64,000 nt of DNA from a virus (IMGVR_UViG_3300014031_000001:32001-96000); one strand, 5' to 3'; shown: positions 9,109 through 18,362, counted from the stretch's first letter. The notes: a model not told the origin generated them from the letters alone. Made by a program: numbers and translations.

Positions 9109-10350
9109 ATGGAAGAGACGCTCAACTCCTGCCAGATCGCCGCCAACGTCGCCATGCACAGTCCGCGCAACGTCTTCCTGACCGGCGCCGCCGGCACCGG
9201 CAAGAGCTGGCTCACCCGCCACTACCTCTCCTCGCGCGCCATGGAAGACTTTCCCGTCGTCGCCTCCACCGGCGCCGCCGCCATCCTGGTCGGAGGCCGC
9301 ACCTTCCACAGCTTCTTTGGGCTCGGCGTCTCCGGCCGCTCGGTCGCCCGTATGGTCGAGGCGGCCTGCCGGCGCCAGGACGTCGTGGAGCGCATGCAGC
9401 GCGTTTCGGGGATTCTGATCGACGAGGTGTCGATGATCCCGGGGCGCCTGCTCGACACCGCCGAGTGGATCGCCCGGCGCGCCCGGCACGACAAGCGCCC
9501 CTGGGGTGGCCTCAAGATCATCGCCGTCGGCGACTTCCGCCAGCTGCCGCCCATCGCCCGCGGCTCGGAAGCCAAAGACTGGGCGTTCCTATCGGAGGCC
9601 TGGGGCGATAGCGAGTTCGTGCCAGCCATGCTGAAGACGCCCGTACGGACGCCCGACCCGGTGTTCTTTCGCATCCTAAACCTCGTGCGCGCCGGCGTCA
9701 TCAACCAGGAGGTCAAAGACGCCCTCGACTCGCGCGTCTGTAAGCGCGTCGACGACTTCGACGGCACGCGCCTTTTCGCCTACAAGGGCGAGGTCGCCCT
9801 CTTCAACGAAGACCGCCTGGACGAGCTTTCGGGCGAGCCCACGTGCTTTCCCACCACCTACAAAGGAGACCCGACCGAGCTTGAAGCGCTGAAAAAGAAC
9901 GTCCCGATCCCCGAGGTGCTGCGCCTAAAGATCGGGGCGCTCGTCATGGTTCGCAAGAATTACGCCGATGCGGGCCTTGTGAACGGCACGCTCGGCCACG
10001 TCATCGAGATCAAAAGGGACCTCGTTTTCTTGGAACTCCTCTCCGGATCTGGCAAAGTGATAGCGTTGGGCCCCGACGCCTTCAACGTGGTGGACGACCA
10101 CGGCAAGCCGATAGCCACCGCCACTAACTTTCCTCTTTCGCTCGCCTGGGCTACGACCATCCACAAAAGCCAAGGCTGCACCTTGGACCGCGTGTTGGTC
10201 GACGTCAGCTCCCTCTGGGAGCCCGGCCAAGCCTACGTGGCGCTGTCGCGCGTCAAGACGCTCGACGGCCTACACATCTCTCGCTGGCACCCGCGATCCA
10301 TCAAAACCGACGCGGCTGTGACAGAATTTCACAAGCGCATCTTTGGGTGA
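9109..10350 (+). CDS. PIF1/RecD-like superfamily 1B DNA helicase
   Basis: GAAGTGKS, ASTGAAA, IDEVSM, GDFRQLPP, AWATTIHKSQG, GQAYVALSR. Confidence 0.93.
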   Translation: MEETLNSCQIAANVAMHSPRNVFLTGAAGTGKSWLTRHYLSSRAMEDFPVVASTGAAAILVGGRTFHSFFGLGVSGRSVARMVEAACRRQDVVERMQRVSGILIDEVSMIPGRLLDTAEWIARRARHDKRPWGGLKIIAVGDFRQLPPIARGSEAKDWAFLSEAWGDSEFVPAMLKTPVRTPDPVFFRILNLVRAGVINQEVKDALDSRVCKRVDDFDGTRLFAYKGEVALFNEDRLDELSGEPTCFPTTYKGDPTELEALKKNVPIPEVLRLKIGALVMVRKNYADAGLVNGTLGHVIEIKRDLVFLELLSGSGKVIALGPDAFNVVDDHGKPIATATNFPLSLAWATTIHKSQGCTLDRVLVDVSSLWEPGQAYVALSRVKTLDGLHISRWHPRSIKTDAAVTEFHKRIFG

Positions 10351-10361
10351 GGGGATCAGTC

Positions 10362-10700
10362 ATGCAGAGCGTAAGCGCCGACTTGGCGCATTTTTTGGAC
10401 TCGTTCAGTTTGGAAGCCCTGGTAGAGGCGAAGCTCCGCCGCGAAGCCCGTCAGCCGGGGGCGCTCGCGCCGGACCGCGAGCTCCACCGCCGGGTGATGG
10501 GGGCCGTCGAGCGCCCTTTGATGCGGATCGTCCACGAGCACACGAACGGCAACCAGGTGCACAGCGCCGCAATTTTGGGGCTGAACCGTACGACGGTGCG
10601 CAAGAAAATGCATCAACACGAGGTGATCGTCTGCCGCCCCCTAGCGGGTTTTACCGCTCGAGGTCAAGACAAGGGACCGGGCTTAAATTTGCCAAGTTAA
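10362..10700 (+). CDS. Fis-like HTH protein
   Basis: VERPLMRIV...TNGNQVHSAAILGLNRTTVRKKM matches the Fis/NtrC HTH. Confidence 0.8.
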   Translation: MQSVSADLAHFLDSFSLEALVEAKLRREARQPGALAPDRELHRRVMGAVERPLMRIVHEHTNGNQVHSAAILGLNRTTVRKKMHQHEVIVCRPLAGFTARGQDKGPGLNLPS

Positions 10701-10755
10701 TAAGAACTAGGTATTACCGTCGGGTTCGACCCCTTTCATGGGAGGAGGGCCAGTG

Positions 10756-11166
10756 ATGTCTTGCCGGAACCTGCGAGTACTCGTTGTCGAGGGGGACCCC
10801 CTTCTGCGCGCCACCTACGGGCGGCTGCTGAAAGGTCTGCGCGTCTACGACCACCAGGAAGTGGAGTCCGGAGCGGAGGCGCTCGGCGCGGCGGTCTATT
10901 TCCGCCCCGACGTCGTCATCGTGAACCTGGCGCTGTCGGCGGAGATGGGGGGCCAGGAGGTGCTAGAGCGCCTGCGCGGCAGCCCGCTGTTCGACCGCAC
11001 GGCCATCGTCGCCGCGACGCCGATGGTTCGGTGGATGCGGCGGGCGCCGTGCATCACCACCTTCGACGACGTCCTGGCGACGCCCCTTTCAGGGCAAGCC
11101 CTAGTCGGCCTGCTCGAGCGCGAGGCCGGCCGCCGGCGCGTGCTCGGGGAAGCCCTGGCGATATGA
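10756..11166 (+). CDS. Single-domain response-regulator-like (pseudo-receiver) protein
   Basis: RVLVVEGD, SGAEAL, PDVVIVNL, MGGQEVLERLR; Asn at the phospho-Asp position and no KP lysine. Confidence 0.7.
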   Translation: MSCRNLRVLVVEGDPLLRATYGRLLKGLRVYDHQEVESGAEALGAAVYFRPDVVIVNLALSAEMGGQEVLERLRGSPLFDRTAIVAATPMVRWMRRAPCITTFDDVLATPLSGQALVGLLEREAGRRRVLGEALAI

Positions 11167-11192
11167 GCGGGCCGCAGGGCCTGCTCTTTTTT
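11165..11192 (+). terminator. Intrinsic terminator ending the early block
   Basis: GAGCGGGCC-GCAG-GGCCTGCTC hairpin plus T6. Confidence 0.75.
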
Positions 11193-11210
11193 AGCCTACA
11201 TGCCTAAAAT

Positions 11211-11226
11211 TGTTCCACGTGGAACG
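11211..11226. promoter_or_regulatory. parS: Chromosomal-type parS site
   Basis: TGTTCCACGTGGAACG palindrome in the convergent intergenic gap. Confidence 0.7.
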
Positions 11227-11376
11227 ACGACGAATCGCGGCGTATCCCGTCAGCTTGCTGCGCCTTGGGGCCAATTTTAGTGTTCGGCTTTCAAACACTG
11301 ATGTTTGAAAGCGACACAGCAGGTGCGCCCTGGAGAGCCTCGGCCAGCCGGACCTGTTGCACTTGGCGCTATCTGC

Positions 11377-11904
11377 TCAAACTGCAACACCGTGGACCGG
11401 CCCGAAGCCCCGCCAGAAGGCGGCCTTCTGCAGCGGTGCCGCAGCGTCGGCGCGGTCAGCGCCGAGGGCCTTCATGAGCACGTTGCGCTCCATCGGCACG
11501 TGCAGGTTGCCCGCTATTTGAGCAGACAGCCCACCGGCGTAGTTGACCCAGTGCCAGCGGTGGACCTCGCCATCGGGGTCGCCGCGCATCGTCGTGCGCT
11601 GGGCGCCGCCGAGGTGGAGGCAGTAGGCGTGGACGGTGAGCTTGCCGCCGTCGGGCTTCACGACCTTGACGGTCTTCAGGTGAGACAGCTGCTTAGGATC
11701 CGCCTCGAGGCCGGACTCCTCGCGGAGCTCGCGTACGGCGCCCATAAGGGGGTCTTCATGATCTTCCAGGTGACCACCTGGGCAGGTCCAGCGACCGTTG
11801 TCGCGGCGGCGACCCATCAGCAGCTTGCCGCCGCGGACGACGGCGACCGTCGAGACAGCCTTGTCGGCTGCGGCGCGCTTGGCGAAGCCCGTCCAGAAGC
11901 TCAT
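11377..11904 (-). CDS. NUDIX hydrolase with FWxGF tags at both termini
   Basis: Nudix box PGGHLEDHEDPLMGAVRELREESGL; N-terminal MSFWTGFAKRA, C-terminal KAAFWRGFG. Confidence 0.9.
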   Translation of the reverse strand: MSFWTGFAKRAAADKAVSTVAVVRGGKLLMGRRRDNGRWTCPGGHLEDHEDPLMGAVRELREESGLEADPKQLSHLKTVKVVKPDGGKLTVHAYCLHLGGAQRTTMRGDPDGEVHRWHWVNYAGGLSAQIAGNLHVPMERNVLMKALGADRADAAAPLQKAAFWRGFGPVHGVAV

Positions 11905-12056
11905 GGGGATTCCTCAGGCGGTTTCGAATCCGTAACCGGGGCCGGGTCCTGCGGCGCCGGCGCGGCGATGGGCGACGCCGGACCGATCTTCTTCGCGAAG
12001 CCTGTCCAAAAGTTGCCCTTCATGGCCTCGGCCAGCGCCTCGAGCGACTTTTTCAT
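11901..12056 (-). CDS. 51-aa FWxGF-tag peptide (absent from the ORF track)
   Basis: MKKSLEALAEAMKGNFWTGFAKKIGPASPIAAPAPQDPAPVTDSKPPEESP; ATGA overlaps at both ends. Confidence 0.7.
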   Translation of the reverse strand: MKKSLEALAEAMKGNFWTGFAKKIGPASPIAAPAPQDPAPVTDSKPPEESP

Positions 12057-13144
12057 GCAGGCCTCTTAAGTAGTTGGGAGGCTGCGGGCTGGAGGTTGCC
12101 AGCGCGCGCCGCGTGCGCGGCCTCGGTTACGGGGTGCGTCGCGAAGGCGTGGGCCAGCATGTTCCCGGTGTTGGCCGCCTCGCCGGTGACGGGGTTGAAG
12201 GCGTAGTTCTGGACCGCACGGTTCACTGGTGACATGCGCTCGCCCGCCTTCCCGGCGGCGACGGCGGCGCTGACGGGTGCTTGGACGAACCGCTTGTCGG
12301 CCCAGTCGAGGGCCCGCTGGCCGCCCGGTAGCTTGCCAATGCCGGCGCGCGCCGTCGGGTTGGTAAGGCCGATCTTAAAGGCGTTGGCGGCCCCCAGCCC
12401 CGGTTCGACGGCTCCGCTGGCGGCCGCCCCCATCGCCCCGGCGACCAGGTTGGAGCCGTGGCGCGGCGCCGCCGCCGCGGGGTTCACCGGCACGGCCATG
12501 GTCTGGGCGACGCCGCCGCCCTTGCCGCCGCGGGTCAGGTTGGCCATGACGTTGGACGTGAAGGGCGAGTCAGGGCTCTTCCAGGTCTTCTCGAGGTCCT
12601 TCAGGGCGCCGATGGCGGCTGGGTGCTTGGCGCTTTGGGCCAGGTGGATGCCCTGGGGGGTCAGGTTGGCGCCAAACTTCTTGTTGAAGGCGGCGAGGAT
12701 CGCCTGGTGGGCGGGGCTCTTGGCGTCGAAGTACTTGGGGCTCATCAGCTTTGAGAAGTCGCCCTGCGTCAGTGCGCGCCCGAGCACCATGTCTCGCGGC
12801 GTGATGTGGGAGACGCCGTGGTCGCGCAGCGCCTGCGCCACGTCGACGCCCATCTCGCGCGCATGGTCGCGAAGCAGCGAGAGCTCTGGCACCGTGGCGC
12901 CCGCGGCCATGTTCTGGAGGAACGACCCGACGCGGCTTGGCGCCTGACCGGCGACGCCCTGACGGAATTCGTGGCCGAGCCCGCGTGCAAAGCCCTTGCG
13001 GTTTAAAAGAAACCGCATCGCCGTGTTCTGTCCGCCGTGGGCGACGCCAGCGGCGCCGAGACCCGCGGCAAGCGTCCCGAGGACCGCGCGCTTCTCGAGC
13101 GGATCAATCGCGCGCTCGTAAAAGCCGCTCAGAAACGGGCTCAT
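12053..13144 (-). CDS. Ala/Gly-rich putative internal virion protein
   Basis: MSPFLSGFYERA..EKRA leader; Gly/Ala hydrophobic segments; lies in the late operon. Confidence 0.7.
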   Translation of the reverse strand: MSPFLSGFYERAIDPLEKRAVLGTLAAGLGAAGVAHGGQNTAMRFLLNRKGFARGLGHEFRQGVAGQAPSRVGSFLQNMAAGATVPELSLLRDHAREMGVDVAQALRDHGVSHITPRDMVLGRALTQGDFSKLMSPKYFDAKSPAHQAILAAFNKKFGANLTPQGIHLAQSAKHPAAIGALKDLEKTWKSPDSPFTSNVMANLTRGGKGGGVAQTMAVPVNPAAAAPRHGSNLVAGAMGAAASGAVEPGLGAANAFKIGLTNPTARAGIGKLPGGQRALDWADKRFVQAPVSAAVAAGKAGERMSPVNRAVQNYAFNPVTGEAANTGNMLAHAFATHPVTEAAHAARAGNLQPAASQLLKRPA

Positions 13145-13203
13145 CCGCACCTCTCAAAGTGGAATGCCCCTATCCTACTGCAGTCTTTGGGGGCCAGCTA
13201 CGG

Positions 13204-13416
13204 CTATGGGCCGTAGTGGTCGTAGATGTCAGGGGCGGCGTTGCAGCTCGCTTCGCGCGGGTCTATCTGGTCGGTGTTGGTCTTCTGGTCGCGCGCGAGG
13301 TCACGCTGACTAGCCTCCTGCTCGTCCATCCAGCCGGAGATGGCGGACGGTCCTGGGTCGGCTTTCTTGTAGAAGCCGGCCCAGAACGAAGAGGCGTAGG
13401 TAGTAGGGACGTGCAC
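13204..13416 (-). CDS. Small FWxGF-tag protein
   Basis: SSFWAGFYKKA then an acidic tail. Confidence 0.65.
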   Translation of the reverse strand: MHVPTTYASSFWAGFYKKADPGPSAISGWMDEQEASQRDLARDQKTNTDQIDPREASCNAAPDIYDHYGP

Positions 13417-13426
13417 CAGGAGAGCC

Positions 13427-14140
13427 TCAGGTGATCATTTCGATGGGGCGCAGCATGTCGTACTGGAGGCTGGCGCCTTCCATGATCAGCACCGAACCCG
13501 ACGAGATCGTCATTTGGTGGCCCTGCACGTAGGCGTTCTCGAGGTAGAGCGCGCCGACGTCGTTGTGGCGGATGTCTTTGAAGTAGATCGCCATGCCGAT
13601 CGGCTGGGCGAACAGGTCGCTCGCCAGGTCGATGAAAAGGCTGTCGGCACCCGGAGCGCGGCGCAGCGACTTCAGGTCCTTAGGCGTCGACACGAGCCGC
13701 GCGTGCGGGTCGATGGCGATGGTGCCGTCTGGCAGCTCGACGGTCTTGTTGAGGTCGGCGTCGCCGAAGTCGGAGCCCGAGGCGTAGTAGGCGTAAAGGG
13801 CCCGCAGGAGCGACGGTCCAAAGAAGAAGGTGCGGCCGAGGCTGAGCGAGCCGATGACGCGCCCGGGGACGAAGTAGCTGCGCGACGAGCCGATCTCGAA
13901 GATGCGCTGCAGCTGCTTTGACTGCTGGAGGGCCGCCTGCTCGAGAAGGCCGATCGGGTAGACCTCGGTGGAGCTCGGCGCCTTGCCGGCCGTCTCGGCC
14001 GAGCCCGCGAGCTCCGGTGCGCCGGCGGCGACGAGCGTCGACTCGGCCGAGACGAAGTGCCCGCCGGTCACCTCGCGCTGGATGTGGTAGTTGGAAAAGT
14101 CCCAGTCGCCGAAGGCGGATGTCGCCGGAGTAGTCGCCAT
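13427..14140 (-). CDS. Tail tube protein
   Basis: Directly follows the sheath gene; IGLLEQ...QRIFEIGS.RSYFVPGR pattern. Confidence 0.7.
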   Translation of the reverse strand: MATTPATSAFGDWDFSNYHIQREVTGGHFVSAESTLVAAGAPELAGSAETAGKAPSSTEVYPIGLLEQAALQQSKQLQRIFEIGSSRSYFVPGRVIGSLSLGRTFFFGPSLLRALYAYYASGSDFGDADLNKTVELPDGTIAIDPHARLVSTPKDLKSLRRAPGADSLFIDLASDLFAQPIGMAIYFKDIRHNDVGALYLENAYVQGHQMTISSGSVLIMEGASLQYDMLRPIEMIT

Positions 14141-14173
14141 GATCTCCCTCTACTTCGCTTGGATGGTTAGAGA

Positions 14174-16357
14174 TTACGCTTCGATGGCGATGTCGATCCC
14201 GTTAAGGGGGACCGGGAAGTCATAGCGAAAGCGCAGGAGGACCGTGTCGATCTGGTCAGGCGACTCAACCAGGGTCTTCAGGGCGCCGGCGCGGATGACG
14301 CCGCCGAACTTAGCAATGCGCGTCGTATCGCGCAGGTAGAGGGTCGCGGCCTTCGCCGTGGACTTCAGCTCGGTGATCGTCGTGTCGACGATGTTGTACT
14401 GGCCCACGAAGCGGCGGTAGGTCGAGCGCAGGAACTTCGACGCGAAGTCGACGTTCTTCGTGATGCTGTACTCTTGGAACTTGATCGCCGAGCGGTCGGT
14501 CGTCAGCTGGTGGCGGCAGTAGAGCGGCTGGTCGCCGCCGTCCTGGGCCATGACCATCGTGCCGCCCTCGGCAACGGCGTCGAGCTGGTCGTCGTTGAAG
14601 TACTTGGACCCGTGCTCGCTGCCGAGGAAGCCCGAGAGCGCCAGGTTGGTGAGACCCTGCTGCGGCGGCAGGCCAGTCGTCAGCGCCGCGACGGCGGCCG
14701 TCAGGTAGTAGCCAGGGACCTTCTGGATCGTCTGCCCGACCGGTAGCTTCACGACGTCTGGCCAGACGTGGACGACGCGCCGGCTGCCAAGCGCGCTGCT
14801 GAAGCCGGCGACCAGCGCCGCCTGCTCGGACTTTTGCAGGTCGCGGTCGATCTGGTAGCTGAGCTGCGGCGTCACGGCCGAGACGCCGATGATGGCCGCA
14901 GAGAGCACCAGCTTTTTTTCGCTAAGAACGGTGGCGATCTTAAAGCGGCCGGCGTCGGCCCCCGCCAGCACCGTCAGGTAGTGGCCGGCCGAGACGCCGT
15001 TGCTCACGAAGGCGGCGTTGCGGTCGTAGAAGGTCTTGCCGTCGGCCTCGAGGCCGTCCTGGCGAGCGACCGTGTAGCTAAGGTCCGTCTGGCTGGCACC
15101 CGTGAGAAAGCTCGCGCTGAGCTGAAGGCTCGTCGCCGAGGGCTTCGCAAGGACCGTGTAGGTCCCGTCCGTGATGCCGGAGTGCGCCACCAAGATGACC
15201 GAGTCGCCGACCTCGACGGCGTCGAAGAGCCCCGACGTCACGTCGTTCAGGACGTCGGCCGAGCCGCTTGCGGCCGCGCCGACAGCGCTGGTGGCGACGA
15301 CGCGCGCCGCGAGCAAGTCACTCGTGGTGATCTCGCCGTCCTGAAGGACCTGCACCGACTTCAGGGTCGAGCTGAAGAGGGCGACGCGCTCGCGCTTCTT
15401 ACCGGGTGCCGACAGCTGCTCGGCGTGGTTTTTAAACGTCGTGGCGACCACGGGGTTTTGCGACAGCAGCGAGATGGCGTACATCTCCGTCTGGGAGAGC
15501 ACGTCGGCGGCGGCGACAAAGGCCGTCACCTCGTCGGTGGCGTAGTCGAGGCTGAGGCCGAGCCCGTTGACGGGACTCACCGTGTTTTGCTTCATGATCT
15601 GGAGGGCGAAGGCCAGCGGGTTGGCCGGGTGGATCTGGCCGCTTCCGAAGAGGGCTTCGATGTCTCCGATACGGCCGATCTCGTGCACTTCAGCGGCCAA
15701 GTCGCCGCGCAGCGCGCGGTAGCTCGCCTCGACGCGCGCGGACGTCACGTCGAAGGCGACGCTGTTGATCAGCACCTGGAGGCCCAGGGGCAAGGTGACG
15801 GCGGAGGCATCGGCCGTGAAGCCGCTGGCGCCCCGTGCGAGCTCGACGTCGACGGTAAGCGTGCGCGTCACCTTGTAGGCGATGCTGGCGCCGTCGACCG
15901 GAACCGGGATCTGCAAGGTGAGCGTGTTGGCGTCGACCTTGGCCATGACCAGGTAGGAGCCGGCGTTGGCGCCGGTCGTGACGACGACATAGTCGCCGGG
16001 CAGTACGGCGGCGAAGGCTGCGGAGGTAGCGTCCGTGAAGGCCGCGCCGGCGCCGACGCCGGTGGAGCGCGGGGCGATGATCTCGAGCGTGGGGCGCTGG
16101 AGAACCACGGTGAGGGGCTTTTTGGTGATCGGGAACTTCTCGTCGGGGGCAAGCACGGCCAGGTCAACCGCGGCACCGGCGATCACCGAGGCGTAGGCGT
16201 AGGCGTGCTGCGTACCGTCGTAGAGCCCAAGGTAGTCGTTATCGACGAGCTGGTAGGCCGGCCCCACCGTGACGCTTGGCAGAGCCGAGGCGCTGAGGGC
16301 AGGAACGAGGCCGACGAATTCTTGAGTGACGGTCACTCCTGGACGGCGGTACGCCAT
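14174..16357 (-). CDS. Contractile tail sheath protein
   Basis: N-terminal MAYRRPGVTVTQEF; C-terminal RHQLTTD...EYSITKNVDF...PVPLNGIDI. Confidence 0.85.
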   Translation of the reverse strand: MAYRRPGVTVTQEFVGLVPALSASALPSVTVGPAYQLVDNDYLGLYDGTQHAYAYASVIAGAAVDLAVLAPDEKFPITKKPLTVVLQRPTLEIIAPRSTGVGAGAAFTDATSAAFAAVLPGDYVVVTTGANAGSYLVMAKVDANTLTLQIPVPVDGASIAYKVTRTLTVDVELARGASGFTADASAVTLPLGLQVLINSVAFDVTSARVEASYRALRGDLAAEVHEIGRIGDIEALFGSGQIHPANPLAFALQIMKQNTVSPVNGLGLSLDYATDEVTAFVAAADVLSQTEMYAISLLSQNPVVATTFKNHAEQLSAPGKKRERVALFSSTLKSVQVLQDGEITTSDLLAARVVATSAVGAAASGSADVLNDVTSGLFDAVEVGDSVILVAHSGITDGTYTVLAKPSATSLQLSASFLTGASQTDLSYTVARQDGLEADGKTFYDRNAAFVSNGVSAGHYLTVLAGADAGRFKIATVLSEKKLVLSAAIIGVSAVTPQLSYQIDRDLQKSEQAALVAGFSSALGSRRVVHVWPDVVKLPVGQTIQKVPGYYLTAAVAALTTGLPPQQGLTNLALSGFLGSEHGSKYFNDDQLDAVAEGGTMVMAQDGGDQPLYCRHQLTTDRSAIKFQEYSITKNVDFASKFLRSTYRRFVGQYNIVDTTITELKSTAKAATLYLRDTTRIAKFGGVIRAGALKTLVESPDQIDTVLLRFRYDFPVPLNGIDIAIEA

Positions 16358-16361
16358 GGGC

Positions 16362-17009
16362 TCACCTCACATTGAAAAGAGTTTCGATGACGATTTGTTG
16401 AAGCTTACGTGCAGCTGTGTCAGAGAGCACCCAACGATCCTGCACCAGTGCCGTCACGTAGACCGGCACGAGCGTAGTCTTGTCGTTTGCTCCCTCCGTT
16501 TCGATCAACGACTCGGCACCGATGTTGAGGCTTTTGATGGTAAACAGGCCGTACTGTTGAAGGACCGGACGGAAGAATTTCAGCGAGTTGAACACGATGT
16601 GCCCAAGCTGCTCCGCCTCGACGCCTTCGCGGCTGATACACGAGAAAGCCACTGAACCGGTAAGCAAAGTGCTGAACGTAGTATCCCCGGAACGCATGTT
16701 GCGGCCTTCTACGGCGCTACCGCCGAGACCGCCCGCATCCTGCCAACCGAGGGGACCCCTTACTGCAATGATCGCGGGCCTGACGCTGATGGCGTCAAGG
16801 TCGACCGCGTGCAAGTCGCAGATTTGGAGCTCTGTCGCTGTGTTATCCGGGTCGTAGTGAAACGACCCTTTGTCGCGCTGTGCAAAGAGGATCTGCAAGA
16901 ATTCTAGCAGTGTACGTCTTAGAAATATAGCCAGATTGGGGATCTTCTCCCCTGTCGCGATGCTGCGCGGTTCGGTCGATACAGCGAAGCCTTCGGTTAT
17001 TTTGCTCAT
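16362..17009 (-). CDS. Putative tail terminator / neck protein
   Basis: Sits just upstream of sheath; RPAIIAVRG and CISREGVEAEQL. Confidence 0.55.
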   Translation of the reverse strand: MSKITEGFAVSTEPRSIATGEKIPNLAIFLRRTLLEFLQILFAQRDKGSFHYDPDNTATELQICDLHAVDLDAISVRPAIIAVRGPLGWQDAGGLGGSAVEGRNMRSGDTTFSTLLTGSVAFSCISREGVEAEQLGHIVFNSLKFFRPVLQQYGLFTIKSLNIGAESLIETEGANDKTTLVPVYVTALVQDRWVLSDTAARKLQQIVIETLFNVR

Positions 17010-17173
17010 CGGCGGCCCCTGCCGCGCGGTTTAGCGGCGGCCTTGTTGTGGTGGGCTTCCAGCGTCTTCACGACGTGCTGAAGCGCCCCCTGGAGGGACT
17101 TGAAAACCTGAATCCCCGCCAGGTTCTTGAGGGCTATCGGGGACTTCTTCGCCGCCGTGGCGTCGGTCGTCAT
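17006..17173 (-). CDS. 55-aa basic hypothetical protein (absent from the ORF track)
   Basis: MTTDATAAKKSPIALKNLAGIQVF...GRGRR; ATGA overlaps at both ends. Confidence 0.55.
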   Translation of the reverse strand: MTTDATAAKKSPIALKNLAGIQVFKSLQGALQHVVKTLEAHHNKAAAKPRGRGRR

Positions 17174-17496
17174 ACGGCCATGCTCGGCACGCCACGGCCG
17201 GTCACCCTGGAAGTCGGGCCACCGCCGGTCGGCGCCACGGTCGGCGGCTTCGTCGTCGTCGCCGTCACCTGTACGGGGGTCGCTGCGTGCGAGGGCTTGG
17301 GCGTCGGTAGCGGCGTGGGGGTCGCGCGCGAGGCGATGGTGATGCCGCTCGAGGGCTTCGCCATCGGCACCTTGCCCGACATGCTAGGCGCCTTCGGTAG
17401 CCCCGAGCGCAGCCCCGGCATCATCCCGATCAAGGTGTTGCCCTTGGCGAGCTTCTCGTGAAAGCCCGTCAGGAAAAAGCCCAGTGCGTTCATCAA
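17170..17496 (-). CDS. Pro/Thr-rich small protein with a degenerate tag
   Basis: GFFLTGFHEKLA leader. Confidence 0.6.
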   Translation of the reverse strand: MMNALGFFLTGFHEKLAKGNTLIGMMPGLRSGLPKAPSMSGKVPMAKPSSGITIASRATPTPLPTPKPSHAATPVQVTATTTKPPTVAPTGGGPTSRVTGRGVPSMAV

Positions 17497-18362
17497 AATT
17501 CGGTCTCCTTGCGGCGCTCTTCCAGAAGCGCCAGCATGGCGAGACAGCGCTCCTCGGGGAGGTCGAGCTTGTACTCGATGTCGGAGCGGTTCACGGCGTC
17601 GCCGCGCGCGAACTGCAAGGTCGTCGCGCGGTTTTTCTCGGCGCTACTCACCTGGGTCAGGTTCCAGAACTTGTGGGTCTGGGCCTCGTACAGCACGTCA
17701 TCGACGCGCAAGACCGGGTGGTTGGTAAACCGCAGGTCGGTCTGGTTGGCCTGGCGCAGGCCCCAGTCGGCCACCTGGACCACCTTCGGGTCAGGCTCGA
17801 AGCCGACCCAGGCGTCGATCGGCGGGTAGTAGCCACCGGTGACGCCCGTGCCAAAACAGACGGTACAGCTGGAGCTCGTGACCCGCTTTAGGACCGGATC
17901 AAAGCAGTTGGTGCAGCGCTCGCCGTCGTGTCTTTTTTGGAAGATGAGGCACGGCGTCCCGGCCGACGTGTAGCGGTAGAGGAAAAGGTGCTCCTCCACG
18001 ACGTAGAGGCCGACCAGGTCGAGGCTACCCGTCCACGTGAAGAGTGGCGACGTGAAGGTCTGTACGGCGGCGCCGGCGATGATCTCGACGGCGCGCACGC
18101 GGTAGTAGTAGACCTTGTGAAGGTCCAAGAGATTGGCCGTGTAGTCGACGAACTCACGCTTGGCCGACGTCGGGATGGCGTCGGTGTGGAGCTGGTGCAT
18201 TTCCTCGGGGCTCTCGCCGCGGTCGACAAAGAAGACGAGCCCGCGGATGTTCTGGGCCGTCTTCTCGAGCTCCCACTCGACGAGCACGCGCGAGATGTGC
18301 TCCACCGAGAGGATGGTAGCCGTCGCCGACTTGAAGCTAAGGTTTTTGAGGTTCCCGGCCAT
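17493..18362 (-). CDS. Putative neck / head-completion protein with zinc finger
   Basis: FN3-like YYYRVRA, then CTNC..CTVCFGTGVTGGY; lies between head and tail genes. Confidence 0.6.
   Translation of the reverse strand: MAGNLKNLSFKSATATILSVEHISRVLVEWELEKTAQNIRGLVFFVDRGESPEEMHQLHTDAIPTSAKREFVDYTANLLDLHKVYYYRVRAVEIIAGAAVQTFTSPLFTWTGSLDLVGLYVVEEHLFLYRYTSAGTPCLIFQKRHDGERCTNCFDPVLKRVTSSSCTVCFGTGVTGGYYPPIDAWVGFEPDPKVVQVADWGLRQANQTDLRFTNHPVLRVDDVLYEAQTHKFWNLTQVSSAEKNRATTLQFARGDAVNRSDIEYKLDLPEERCLAMLALLEERRKETEF

Noticed and set aside
14768-16375. Long antisense ORFs (535 aa here; also 50341..51783, 37179..38402, 45150..46277)
   Set aside because: Shadow frames of high-GC genes that have clear motifs on the opposite strand.
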